Assembly: GCA_015233195.1 (NCBI GenBank)
Contig: JADFYE010000006.1
Span: forward strand, 6,699 to 70,698
Length of the DNA: 64,000 nt
Direction of reading: 5' to 3'
DNA from: Candidatus Omnitrophota bacterium
GTDB taxonomy: Bacteria > Omnitrophota > Gorgyraeia > Zapsychrales > Zapsychraceae
Of this stretch, positions 7,148 through 16,723 are shown in pieces. Both the position numbers and the translations under genes were made by a program. The notes beneath the pieces are model-generated. The model searched no databases and had not been told where the DNA came from. It saw only the letters and a program-made list of their open reading frames with translations. Every line of letters starts with the position of its first letter. Position 1 is the stretch's first letter.

Positions 7148-10100
7148 ATGAATATTGAAAATAAAAATTCCGGAAAAAAAGGACAGGTAGCGATAATTTT
7201 ATTGTTAGTCGCTGCTATGGGTTTGATTTTTTATGCCGCGGTTTTAAATATCCAAAAGTCGGGCGAAACCAAAACCAAAGTTATACTTGCTGCTGATTCA
7301 GCTGCGAGCGTTATGGCGTCTGAGCTTGCCAGTTACGGACAAAAATTATTTAAAGAACAAATGGGCGGAGAAGAAGAGATTTGCGAGGGTTCGGGCTTTG
7401 GGTTTTTGCAGATTATAATTTCGATCATATTAGTTGTAGTAACAGTGCTTTCAGTTGTTTTTGCGCCAGGTATTAGTGCGGCATTGTTTTATACGACTGC
7501 GATCTGGCTGGCACTTTCCGCTAACACCATAGTTCAAGTGTTGGTAATTCAGCCGCAGATTACGTCTATGTGGAACAAGATGATGGAAGTTTCAGCGTCG
7601 CAAGCTGATACTTTTTCTGAAGGGGGAATGCAGGCAGCTTTGCAGGGCGCAGTTGCTGACAGCAAGGAGGTCGCGGATTTATTTGATATAAATACCAATG
7701 GAAAATATGGATATAAAGAGGATGGGACGCCGGAAGATAAAATCAGCCGGTATTCATATTATTATACTGAACGGATCCGCTTAAATGATGAGGGTAGATA
7801 TAATCCTGGAGGAGGCACTGGCACAGAGACGCCAACGTTTAAAATGGACGTTCCGTATGTGGTTAAAAAATTTCAGGATGAATTAGCTGATTTTCTTTAT
7901 GATAATCCGGATGGGTTAGACGAGAATGGCAGTTATGACCCGCGGTGCGATGTTCAAAAAAATCCAACCCAATTGTGTTTTGACCATACAGTTAATCAAT
8001 CTCCAGGGTTTTGTAGACAGGATATTTTCAGAGCTTGTAATGCTGGTGAAACTGGAGTGAGTAATCCGGTATATGACACAGTTAATCCTGGGGCTACTTG
8101 TCACCCTCGGGTTAGAGATTTTTGGGCACTGTTTACACCAGTTCCAGTAAGACAGTGTGAGTATGAATATACTGAGACTTTTCCTGAGGATCCTACTGTG
8201 CCGTTGTCGTATGTAGACGCGCAAGTTATGTATCCATATCCAGCGATAGATGCAAATCATCAGTGTCATTATGAAGAGGGGAAGGTTGTTCCTTCTGAAT
8301 GCAATCCTTGTTGTGTTCCCCCGTCAGTTCTTCTGTCAAATGTTACGACCATTAAAACTTTACCGGATTGTTGTGATTGTTCAGCCCGTCCGCCTAGGCA
8401 GGAATATTTACCGAGTAATTTAGGAGAGCCGGGAAATCTTTGTACTCAAGTAGACGAGGCGAGTCCAATAGTTTGTCCGAAAGATCCCATGTCGTGCGAT
8501 GGATCAGCCCAGTCAATAGGACCAGCAACATTACAATGCGGCGTTACTAGCACTTGTGATGTGGCTGCTCCGTATTCGACATTTAATCAATACACTAAAG
8601 CTAATTATCCTTGGGTTTATGATCCGTCATTGGATGATTGGACCACGTATTCAGACGGGATAAATTGGACGGCGTTTAATTGGACTAATTATGATTGGGT
8701 CAACAATCCGGATCAGCGACCGTTTGTATTCTCTAAATTATTAGGACGGGATGATGAGAATAAAAATTATTTTCGTAATCCGCGCCACGTAGATGATTAT
8801 TCCCATCATCCTCAGCAAGAAACCAGTTCTTGTTCTAATACGGATTTTAAGATCGAAGATGCGACTGGATATCAGACGGATAAGACTGATGCTTTTGGCG
8901 CTCCGCTATTTATTGCCAAAGACGAGAAACCAGGATTTATATTTCCGCTTTTATATAAAATGTCAAAGTGGGGGTTAGCTTTATCAACAGTATATCCTTC
9001 AACTAAAGATACAGCGGGCGCAACTATACCTTTGCCAAAAGACAGCAGCGGGGCTGTTTCTAATCCTCTTTACAATCTTTATAATGAATATTGGCAGAGT
9101 ACAGATAAGACTAATGTAGATAGCGTAATGGATGTTACTAATGCTAAATTTCATCAAAAATTTTATAAACCTGCAGGATGTGATTATCCGAATGTAGACG
9201 CTAATACTTGTCAGAGTAATGTTGTTGCAGGAATAAATGATGCTAATGATGTTTGTGGACGAAAAAATAACCGAGTTTGCGATATTGATTTATGCGCAAA
9301 TGCTTCGCCCTCCCCGCTGGTTCCAATGACCTGGGATGATTCAGAAGATTGTTATGGACGAGGCACAGGCTTTAGCAATGATCCTACATCAGGAAATCCG
9401 TATGTTGATGAAGCAACTGGAAAGGGTTTAGCTTGGGATAAATTGTTCCCGCCGGAAATGGAAGGCCGTTGGGTATTACCAATTCAAAAAGTAGAGGGAA
9501 AAGATATAAATTATAGGGTTAGATATGAAGGCGGACAAAAAATAAAAAATTATGTAAGATTGCAATTTGCGCCGCGATCGCAGGTTGACGGTATGGATAT
9601 GAATACCAGAGATAAAAGTGCTGCCAAAAATTTAGCGCCAGTAGGTATTGATATAGTACAACCAGTTGCTAATTTAATAGCAGGCGAAGATATCAGCAGT
9701 TTAAAGGCGAACTCTAATGAAGCGCAGTGCGCGCAGCAATCGGTTTTTGATTTTAATACTGGGATGTGGAGGAAAGGGGATGATTTATATTGTTCTTCAA
9801 CCTATCCTTATGATAAGCATTGCGATAAAAATAAACCACAGCCTTGGGCTTTAGAGCAATTAGGAATAGCGCTACCTGACTCTTGTCAATATTCTCGTGC
9901 TGCGGGTATTCCTGACGGAACAGTTGAGCCGAATCCTGTTGTTGATCCGTATGAACCGGATATTTCTCTAACTACTCCAATGACAAAAGGTGCCCCGACG
10001 GTAAAAGATTGCGCTTGTTCAGATAAAGGAGTGGATAAAGAAGATTTTCCAGATGATCCTTTAGATACAGTTATCTCGGATATGCATGATTTTATTGTTT

Positions 10101-12349
10101 GGGCGCAAAGTATTGTAAACTCTAATCCTTATACTTTGGCTGAGTCTTTTGCGAATTGGTATAGAGGCGCGGCATATTTCCTCGAAGCTGCTCCAATGGC
10201 AAGCTGTAGAATGATGGCTGGCTCAACGCTGGTTCCCCCTCGCAGGGATTGCGCGATGTGTGATAGTTTAACTGATTATCAACTTTATTCGGGTCAAGCT
10301 CTTTTAGCTGGACAATCATTCTGTTTTTACAAAAACAATCCTCCTCCGGGCGGACGGCTTTATTATTGGATCAGCACTTTAAAAATGTTGAGAGATCGGT
10401 TAAATAGTTTTTTGATTAGTAGTTATGAGACGATGAAACCGCATGGTAATAATCTTGAAAATTGTTACACGGCTTTTTGTGTGCCGAATGCCCAGTGCAG
10501 GAGCAATTCGAAATTTTATACTAACAGTGTAGAAAAAACTATTTTAGACAATTCTAGCGGATTGAATCAGGTTCAAGAGTGTTTAAATTGGAATGCTAAT
10601 GATGTTATACCTGGAGCTGACTTAACCAATCCCAGCGCTTATAAGGATGCGTTTCCGATATCAGACGCTCGTAAAAATTCTTCGTGGCCTTTAGATGAAA
10701 ATGGTCAATTTGAAGTTAAAGGTAACGCGGTTAAATTTTATGCTTGCGGACAGACTTGCTCGGATACTTATTGCGGGACAGATAAATTGCCGCGGTCAAT
10801 AGTTCCGGGTTGGAATCCGGCGAAATTTTCAACCGGTACAATAGGGAGTACACCTATTCTTAATAAAATGCTCGCATGTTGGGATGAATGTACTGAAACT
10901 GCGTGTGATGAAGCAGCTGATTCTTTAGTTAGTAACTGGGGAGCTGTGTCGAAGGTATTAAATGCTGATCCGGTTAATTTATCGGCGTTGAGTGCGTTGG
11001 GAGGACAAGCCGGCGTTGAAAACATTAAAGCTGCAGTATTAGCTTCGCCGTATTATGATTCGAATTGGCAGGTGGTTGCTCCTAAAAAAACCATTACTGT
11101 TATCGACGATGTTACTGGCGGTCCTAGTATTTCTATTACGGATTTTCCGCTTATAATTTGGCGTGGAGAGACTACTGAGTGCGCTAATACTGTAGCTGAA
11201 GATGGGACAACTGTAGAAAAATTATTAGGCGCTGGTATAGATAAGGGAAGTCCTTGGTATAACGCGGTTGCTCAAAGCGCGCAAGATGCCGGACCAGCTG
11301 CAACAGGATCGACTCCAGCTCCGTGTGATCCGAGATATGATCCAGATGATCCGACTAAAAGCGGGTGGCTGGGATTTGTCAGACAAAGCGCGGTAGAAGC
11401 TGAAAATCAAGTTGTTAAAATGCGGCGCAGGGCAGAATTTTTATCTGCACGTGAAAATGAAGTTAGATATGTCTTGGATAAAATTATAGGTCAAGAATTT
11501 AGTACTACGCCGACAACAACGCAAGCACACGGCATGTTGTGGCATTTAGAGAAATTTTTAAGCTGTACTCCGGATGATGTAACCGGAGAATTTGTAGGAC
11601 CAGTATGTAATTTGATTAAAGCGCGCAGATTGTATCCGTATGTTGGAAATCAGCCTCCTCAGCCTCCAGCAGATGGTGGTGGTGGTGGAGATGAAGGTGG
11701 AGACGATAGCAGCAATGATGAAGAAGATCAGCCGTCTAATCCGAAATATACTATTGATGCTATCTATGGATGGAGGACAGAAGGAAAAATTGTAAATAAT
11801 GAGGAAGTAAAAGACGGGTCTTGGCATATTGCTCAGGTAAAAGTATGGATGCCGAAAAAAGGATACAGTAAAAAATGGCCTTATATAAAAACCTGGACGG
11901 AGAATATGGGCACTACCCGTTGTTATGCCATGAAGAGCACCAACGGTATTGTGTATGCACAAGTAAGGCGCTGGGATCAAACTAAGCCTTCAGGAGTTAA
12001 CTTTGCTAATGGAATAAAAATGTGGGATTTTAAATCCGGGGCAAATCCATACGGTGTTAATTCGGACAGTTCTAATATAGAAACAACATGTAATACCGAC
12101 GGGGATACCAATCCTTTGTTTGTAAAATATAAAGGTAAAGTTGCTGATTATACTGAGGAGAGGCTGCATAAAGTATTTGATGGAGCGTTTATGTTAGGGC
12201 TTAATGGCGACGCTGGATGTAAGGCTTTATCTGAAAAGCTTTTATCAGAGCAAGGGTTTAAGGAAGACGCTTGTGCTGCGTATAAATTGCACGACGAAGG
12301 ATATCGAATATATTTAAAAAGTAAATGCCCGTTTGTTAAAAAGAATTAA
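7148..12349 (+). CDS. TadG-like giant pseudopilin / pilus-associated Cys-rich surface protein (1,733 aa)
   Basis: N-terminus KKG/QVAIILLLVAAMGLIFYAAVLNIQKSGETKTKVILAADSAASVMASELA fits the TadE/G-like 'Tad' N-terminal domain (hydrophobic helix followed by AaDaAaLAaa). A second hydrophobic segment lies at about 7390-7560. The rest is very Cys-rich (e.g. CNPCCVPPS, PDCCDCSARPP). An acidic/Gly low-complexity patch PPADGGGGGDEGGDDSSNDEEDQ lies at about 11660-11735. Confidence 0.75.
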   Translation: MNIENKNSGKKGQVAIILLLVAAMGLIFYAAVLNIQKSGETKTKVILAADSAASVMASELASYGQKLFKEQMGGEEEICEGSGFGFLQIIISIILVVVTVLSVVFAPGISAALFYTTAIWLALSANTIVQVLVIQPQITSMWNKMMEVSASQADTFSEGGMQAALQGAVADSKEVADLFDINTNGKYGYKEDGTPEDKISRYSYYYTERIRLNDEGRYNPGGGTGTETPTFKMDVPYVVKKFQDELADFLYDNPDGLDENGSYDPRCDVQKNPTQLCFDHTVNQSPGFCRQDIFRACNAGETGVSNPVYDTVNPGATCHPRVRDFWALFTPVPVRQCEYEYTETFPEDPTVPLSYVDAQVMYPYPAIDANHQCHYEEGKVVPSECNPCCVPPSVLLSNVTTIKTLPDCCDCSARPPRQEYLPSNLGEPGNLCTQVDEASPIVCPKDPMSCDGSAQSIGPATLQCGVTSTCDVAAPYSTFNQYTKANYPWVYDPSLDDWTTYSDGINWTAFNWTNYDWVNNPDQRPFVFSKLLGRDDENKNYFRNPRHVDDYSHHPQQETSSCSNTDFKIEDATGYQTDKTDAFGAPLFIAKDEKPGFIFPLLYKMSKWGLALSTVYPSTKDTAGATIPLPKDSSGAVSNPLYNLYNEYWQSTDKTNVDSVMDVTNAKFHQKFYKPAGCDYPNVDANTCQSNVVAGINDANDVCGRKNNRVCDIDLCANASPSPLVPMTWDDSEDCYGRGTGFSNDPTSGNPYVDEATGKGLAWDKLFPPEMEGRWVLPIQKVEGKDINYRVRYEGGQKIKNYVRLQFAPRSQVDGMDMNTRDKSAAKNLAPVGIDIVQPVANLIAGEDISSLKANSNEAQCAQQSVFDFNTGMWRKGDDLYCSSTYPYDKHCDKNKPQPWALEQLGIALPDSCQYSRAAGIPDGTVEPNPVVDPYEPDISLTTPMTKGAPTVKDCACSDKGVDKEDFPDDPLDTVISDMHDFIVWAQSIVNSNPYTLAESFANWYRGAAYFLEAAPMASCRMMAGSTLVPPRRDCAMCDSLTDYQLYSGQALLAGQSFCFYKNNPPPGGRLYYWISTLKMLRDRLNSFLISSYETMKPHGNNLENCYTAFCVPNAQCRSNSKFYTNSVEKTILDNSSGLNQVQECLNWNANDVIPGADLTNPSAYKDAFPISDARKNSSWPLDENGQFEVKGNAVKFYACGQTCSDTYCGTDKLPRSIVPGWNPAKFSTGTIGSTPILNKMLACWDECTETACDEAADSLVSNWGAVSKVLNADPVNLSALSALGGQAGVENIKAAVLASPYYDSNWQVVAPKKTITVIDDVTGGPSISITDFPLIIWRGETTECANTVAEDGTTVEKLLGAGIDKGSPWYNAVAQSAQDAGPAATGSTPAPCDPRYDPDDPTKSGWLGFVRQSAVEAENQVVKMRRRAEFLSARENEVRYVLDKIIGQEFSTTPTTTQAHGMLWHLEKFLSCTPDDVTGEFVGPVCNLIKARRLYPYVGNQPPQPPADGGGGGDEGGDDSSNDEEDQPSNPKYTIDAIYGWRTEGKIVNNEEVKDGSWHIAQVKVWMPKKGYSKKWPYIKTWTENMGTTRCYAMKSTNGIVYAQVRRWDQTKPSGVNFANGIKMWDFKSGANPYGVNSDSSNIETTCNTDGDTNPLFVKYKGKVADYTEERLHKVFDGAFMLGLNGDAGCKALSEKLLSEQGFKEDACAAYKLHDEGYRIYLKSKCPFVKKN

Positions 12350-12356
12350 GCAGAAG

Positions 12357-12596
12357 ATGAAAAAAAATCGCGCCCAATCTATTTCTGAGATTATGTTATT
12401 GCTAGCACTTTTAGCGGGTGTTATGATGCTGATGCAAAAATATGTTTTACGTTCTTTTATGGGACGGATGAAGACTGCAGCAGATCAGGTGGGGTATGGC
12501 AGGCAGTATGATAAAGAAAAAACCACAACTTGTGTTTTGGACGTCAAAACCAATTCTTGGAAAAAAGTAGATGGAACCGGCAGCTGTAATCCGTAA
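12357..12596 (+). CDS. Flp-like prepilin paralog
   Basis: MKKNRA/QSISEIMLLLALLAGVMMLM followed by RSFMGRMKTAADQVGYGRQY (the paralog motif of 4177 and 5315). The track start TTG 12333 overlaps the upstream gene; ATG 12357 is preferred. Confidence 0.6.
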   Translation: MKKNRAQSISEIMLLLALLAGVMMLMQKYVLRSFMGRMKTAADQVGYGRQYDKEKTTTCVLDVKTNSWKKVDGTGSCNP

Positions 12597-12619
12597 TTAA
12601 AATTGGTAAAAGGATAAAA

Positions 12620-13471
12620 ATGGTTTTTGTTTTTTTAATAGTGTTTGTAGCAGTCGGGTTTTCGGCTTTGACCGTTATTCCGATCGTCGAGAAATGGTTC
12701 GCGGTAGCCAGCGCGACCCAAGAACAGCAGTTTATGGAACGGATGGAACCTTTGATGGCTAAACAAAAAGCCAAGAAGATGTCTTATCTGTTCATTCTTT
12801 GTCCGTTGCTGCTGGGCGCTGGCGGATATTTTGCTTTACCTAATGTGCCGATGTTTTCGCTCCCGGTCGGAATAGGCTTAGGAATAATTTGTCCATATTT
12901 TATTGTTAAAACTATTATAAAACGTAATCAGGAAAAATTTCAGGATCAGCTGGTGGATGCCTTGCTGATTATGTCCTCGTCTTTTCGTGGAGGCTTAAGT
13001 TTGGTGCAGGCATTGGAAGCAGTAGTTGAAGAGATGCCGGATCCGATCCAGTCGGAATTCGGATTGGTTTTAGCTGAAAACAAAATGGGCGTGTCTTTGG
13101 AAGACGCGATGCAGCATTTGTTCCGCCGCATGCCGTCTATACCTTTACAACAAATGATTACTGCGATTTTGTTGGCGCGGGAAACCGGCGGTAATTTACC
13201 GGTAATTTTTAACCGCATCGTAAATAATATCCGGGAGAGGAAAAAAGTTAAACAGAATTTGGATACGTTGACTATACAAGGGAAAATTCAGGGCGCGGTT
13301 ATGACTTTTTTGCCGATTGGATTTGCTTTTGTGGTTTACTCGAGTAATCGACGGGTTTTTGATCACATGTTGCAGTCGCCGTTAGGGCAGAAATTATTGA
13401 TCGCGGCTTTTATTTTGTGGGTGGTAGGCGCGTTTATGATTTTGAAAATTAGTAAATTTGACGACTTTTAA
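12620..13471 (+). CDS. tadB: TadB-like pilus platform protein (T2SS-F domain)
   Basis: SD AAAGGA. N-terminal TM. QDQLVDALLIMSSSFRGGLSLVQALEAVVEEMPDPIQSEF...ARETGGNLPVIFNRIVNNIRERKKVKQNLDTLTIQGK matches the TadB/T2SSF consensus. C-terminal TM pair. Confidence 0.85.
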   Translation: MVFVFLIVFVAVGFSALTVIPIVEKWFAVASATQEQQFMERMEPLMAKQKAKKMSYLFILCPLLLGAGGYFALPNVPMFSLPVGIGLGIICPYFIVKTIIKRNQEKFQDQLVDALLIMSSSFRGGLSLVQALEAVVEEMPDPIQSEFGLVLAENKMGVSLEDAMQHLFRRMPSIPLQQMITAILLARETGGNLPVIFNRIVNNIRERKKVKQNLDTLTIQGKIQGAVMTFLPIGFAFVVYSSNRRVFDHMLQSPLGQKLLIAAFILWVVGAFMILKISKFDDF

Positions 13472-13568
13472 ATGAGCGCATAATTTACGGAACAAAGTGA
13501 ACGTAAGTTATTTGCGCGAATTTATCCTGAGCGAAGCCGAAGGATTACAATTTATAAAAAAGGTTTTT

Positions 13569-14444
13569 ATGTTAATCATAGTTTTAGTCATGATCTATAT
13601 CGCTGTTTTGACTTTTATCCTCGGGTGTTTTCCGCCGGAATGGGAAGAACGTCCGACGTTAAATGCTTTTGGCGAAGAGATTTATACCAGGAAACAGCGT
13701 AAAAGTTTTACGATTTTGACTTTGTTTGGGGTGATAAATAAACCGGTTTTGGAAATATTCGGCGACATAAAAAAACAATTAAATCGGGATCTGGCAGTAG
13801 CTCGCTTAGACCTGTCTCCTGAAGAATTCATGGTCGTACAAGAAGTAACCATTGGTGTATTATTAGTGGTGCTGCAGCCGATAGTTAAATCAGACATGGT
13901 CATATTTTATATTTGCGTTTCGCTCGCTGGAGGATATATGCTGCCCAGGATTTGGTTGAATGGAAAAATCCGAGCGGTTAAGAATGTGATTGTTAAAGAG
14001 CTGCCTGACGCCATTGACTTACTGGCGCTTTGCGTTAATGCCGGGTTAGATTTTATGCTGGCATTACGCTGGGTGGTCGAGAAATCCCCGCCGTCTTTAA
14101 TGATGACTGAGTTAAATAATCTTTTGCAGGAAATTAATATAGGTAAAACCCGCAGAGACGCGATTCGGGATTTGGCGTTTCGTTATCAGCTTCCTGATCT
14201 TTCGACTTTTTCACGTACGCTGATCCAAGCGGATAAAATGGGTACTTCGGTTACTGAGGCGTTGAATATTCTTTCTGAAGATATGCGTTTATCTCGTTTT
14301 CGACGCGGTGAACAAATGGCGTTAAAAGCTCCGATGAAAATGTTGATTCCGCTTTTATTATTTATCTTTCCAGTGGTAGGTATTTTAGTTGCTGGTCCCA
14401 TCCTTTTGGATTTTATAGAGAACAATCCGTTCAAAGCAATGTAA
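13569..14444 (+). CDS. tadC: TadC-like pilus platform protein (T2SS-F domain)
   Basis: ELPDAIDLLALCVNAGLDFMLALRWVVEKSP...IQADKMGTSVTEALNILSEDMRLSRFRRGEQMALKAPMKM matches the T2SSF consensus. ATG 13569 (AAAGG 6 nt upstream) gives an N-terminal TM like TadB. The track start GTG 13497 would read through a small hairpin (ATCCT..GCGAAGC..AGGAT, 13524-13545). Confidence 0.85.
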   Translation: MLIIVLVMIYIAVLTFILGCFPPEWEERPTLNAFGEEIYTRKQRKSFTILTLFGVINKPVLEIFGDIKKQLNRDLAVARLDLSPEEFMVVQEVTIGVLLVVLQPIVKSDMVIFYICVSLAGGYMLPRIWLNGKIRAVKNVIVKELPDAIDLLALCVNAGLDFMLALRWVVEKSPPSLMMTELNNLLQEINIGKTRRDAIRDLAFRYQLPDLSTFSRTLIQADKMGTSVTEALNILSEDMRLSRFRRGEQMALKAPMKMLIPLLLFIFPVVGILVAGPILLDFIENNPFKAM

Positions 14445-14451
14445 ACCGGCT

Positions 14452-14472
14452 CCGCAGATGCGTCATCTGCGG
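14452..14472. terminator. Hairpin between convergent genes (candidate bidirectional terminator)
   Basis: CCGCAGATG-CGT-CATCTGCGG is a perfect 9-bp stem with a 3-nt loop. It lies between the tadC stop (14444) and the stop of the minus-strand gene (14479). The flanking T/A runs are weak. Confidence 0.5.
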
Positions 14473-14478
14473 CGCTGG

Positions 14479-16632
14479 TTATTTCAAGTCTTGCCAGGTG
14501 ATGAGTTTGATTTTGTTCTGGTCTATAATTCGCTTGAGTTCGTCTGACATTAGGAATTGATAATCTGCTTCGCGTTCTTTCGCTGTTTCTTCTGAGGTTT
14601 GTTTGACAGAAGCTTCTTCGTAAATACTAGGATGGAGCAATAAAAGCGAAACGCCAACAGAGCAAGACACCATTTTTCTTTCTATTATTCTATCCAGCAC
14701 CATGGTATCCGCAGGGATTTTTTTCTCAATAGAGCGCGGCAAATAATTTCTACCGATTCTAACCGGAAGTTTATATTCGCGACCAATTTCTTCATATAGG
14801 TAAAGCAGTTTTAATGACTGGTATTCACAGCCCATATGTATGTCCAGATGAGACAATTTGATATTATCTGCTAAGGCTTGGTCGATTTGGGCTTTAAATT
14901 CTTTTTTAATCTCTTTAAAACCAAATTTATTTAAAGCTTCGGAGCAAGAATCTGGCATGTAACCACTTCCGTAACCCCCGGGGTTACGGAAGGTTGACCA
15001 TTCATTGGTTATGGTTAGGTGTACGCCCCAATCAAGTTCCGGGTGTTGTTTGGCGAATTCCGCGATTTCTTTATAAGCAGGCGCTTTAACCATGATACTT
15101 CCTGATTTAATTGCACCCTTTTCAACAGCATTGAAAAATGCTTGATTTGTAGCATGGTTTAAACCCAGGTCATCAGCAATAATAATTAAGTATCTATTTG
15201 GCGGTAAATTCAGCAGTTCGGTTAAGTTTTCATAGCCCAAACCGCGGTATTTTAAAGCCATACTTAAGGAATAAAAAAATTCTGGTTCTTGGTTGGGATC
15301 CAGTGTTTTGATATTGGGATTAGCTTTGATGTTTTCACAATCGTTTTTCAAGAAATTTATCTTACCTTTAAAGAATTGAAGATATCGGTAAGGGTAAATA
15401 AATTTTAAGTAGATTGGACAAATAATGATAAAAGCAATAGCTGAAATTACTGTTAAACGTTTAGTTTGGACATTATTTAGTTTGGACAAATGCTCTAAAC
15501 AGGCATTTTTTATCATAATTATAAATAATACTACTATTAAAAAATATTGGGCGCCTACCATTCTATATGGCATTTCTAATAAGAGTTGAGAGCGGAAGGT
15601 GGTCATTAATCCAGATTGGACATTTTTTAGAGATAAGATTAGCCCAAGGCAAAATGAAAGAGTTAAAAATAAAGAGATTATCTCTACGAATCTGGCTTCC
15701 CGCAATCTGGAGATGTTATTTGGCAGCTTTATTCGCTTGAAAAGCCAGTAGAAAATTCCAACATAAAAAAGCGATTTTATCGCGATCATCCAGTATGGCG
15801 TTAGTTCTGTAGGTAAAGCTACTGCTGAATTTAATTGCGGTAATATTTTGGCTTGAAATAATAAAGAGGGGATCGATAAACAGCAAATCAGTAAAGGAAA
15901 CGTCCAGGACAGCGTCGGAATTTTGTCTCCGGCTTTATCAGAAATTTTTTTGTGGATTAATATAGTTAAAGACAAAATCGGCAGAAGAATTAAAGCCATG
16001 CCTTTATGGTAGAACCAGAGCAACAAACATCCAGCAAAAAATAGAAGTGGTTTACTGCCAGCAAAGGCGATAAATATCGACGAGAAAATAAAAATAGCTG
16101 CACCGCGGGATGGGTACGCGATTGTTCCGTATACTCGCTGTTCAAGCTCAGGAGAGCCAAAATGCCATAGCCGAAACACTGCGAAAATTATTACGATCAG
16201 CATGGTCCAGGGAGAGAAAAAACTTTTGTTTCCGACGTAAAGAATGAACGCTAGGGCAAATATAAAAAGCAATAAAAAACTGTATTTCACGGCGAGAGCA
16301 TAAGGGAAATCGGTTTCAGGAAATTTGACACCCATTTTTTCGATTACTTTTGTCATTAAATTCGACGCTGGATAATTGGTAGCACTGGTTAAGCGGTTTA
16401 CTGTGCGTTGTTTTTGTTCAGGAGAAATATCCGCGTTTTTGACCAGGTCAGTTTCGATCGCGATGATTCTTTGTTTGGTGATTTTAGGCGCGAACATGAC
16501 TGCGGAAGAATACGCGTGCACAGCTTTGTCGTCGCAATCATCCGTCGGATAATAGAGTGAATAAATAATTACCGGCTGGATAAAGAGCCAGATAAATAAA
16601 ATGAATTTTAAAAATGGGTTAAATTTTTTCAT
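14479..16632 (-). CDS. Fusion protein: polytopic membrane domain + C-terminal YdjC/ChbG-type carbohydrate deacetylase
   Basis: 717 aa. The N-terminal ~440 aa hold many hydrophobic helices. The C-terminus LIIIADDLGLNHATNQAFFNAVEKGAIKSGSIMVKAPAYKEIAEFAKQHPELDWGVHLTITNEW matches the YdjC signature (DDfG.s..vn.gi.....G.v.s.s.Mv..p.........vGvHl.lt.g). Confidence 0.8.
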   Translation of the reverse strand: MKKFNPFLKFILFIWLFIQPVIIYSLYYPTDDCDDKAVHAYSSAVMFAPKITKQRIIAIETDLVKNADISPEQKQRTVNRLTSATNYPASNLMTKVIEKMGVKFPETDFPYALAVKYSFLLLFIFALAFILYVGNKSFFSPWTMLIVIIFAVFRLWHFGSPELEQRVYGTIAYPSRGAAIFIFSSIFIAFAGSKPLLFFAGCLLLWFYHKGMALILLPILSLTILIHKKISDKAGDKIPTLSWTFPLLICCLSIPSLLFQAKILPQLNSAVALPTELTPYWMIAIKSLFYVGIFYWLFKRIKLPNNISRLREARFVEIISLFLTLSFCLGLILSLKNVQSGLMTTFRSQLLLEMPYRMVGAQYFLIVVLFIIMIKNACLEHLSKLNNVQTKRLTVISAIAFIIICPIYLKFIYPYRYLQFFKGKINFLKNDCENIKANPNIKTLDPNQEPEFFYSLSMALKYRGLGYENLTELLNLPPNRYLIIIADDLGLNHATNQAFFNAVEKGAIKSGSIMVKAPAYKEIAEFAKQHPELDWGVHLTITNEWSTFRNPGGYGSGYMPDSCSEALNKFGFKEIKKEFKAQIDQALADNIKLSHLDIHMGCEYQSLKLLYLYEEIGREYKLPVRIGRNYLPRSIEKKIPADTMVLDRIIERKMVSCSVGVSLLLLHPSIYEEASVKQTSEETAKEREADYQFLMSDELKRIIDQNKIKLITWQDLK

Positions 16633-16723
16633 GGATTTTGTGGCGCTCTCGTCTTAAAACTAAAATTAATTTTACCACGAAAAAAGTAAAACTTGGAATT
16701 TAATTTTATGATATAATTCAAGT

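Noticed and set aside
13524-13545. Small hairpin ATCCT-GAGCGAAGCCGA-AGGAT (contains the stable GCGAAGC mini-hairpin) between tadB and tadC as a regulatory element.
   Set aside because: It has only a 5-bp outer stem and no T-tract. I used it only as a weak argument for the ATG 13569 start of tadC, and it is not reported as a feature.
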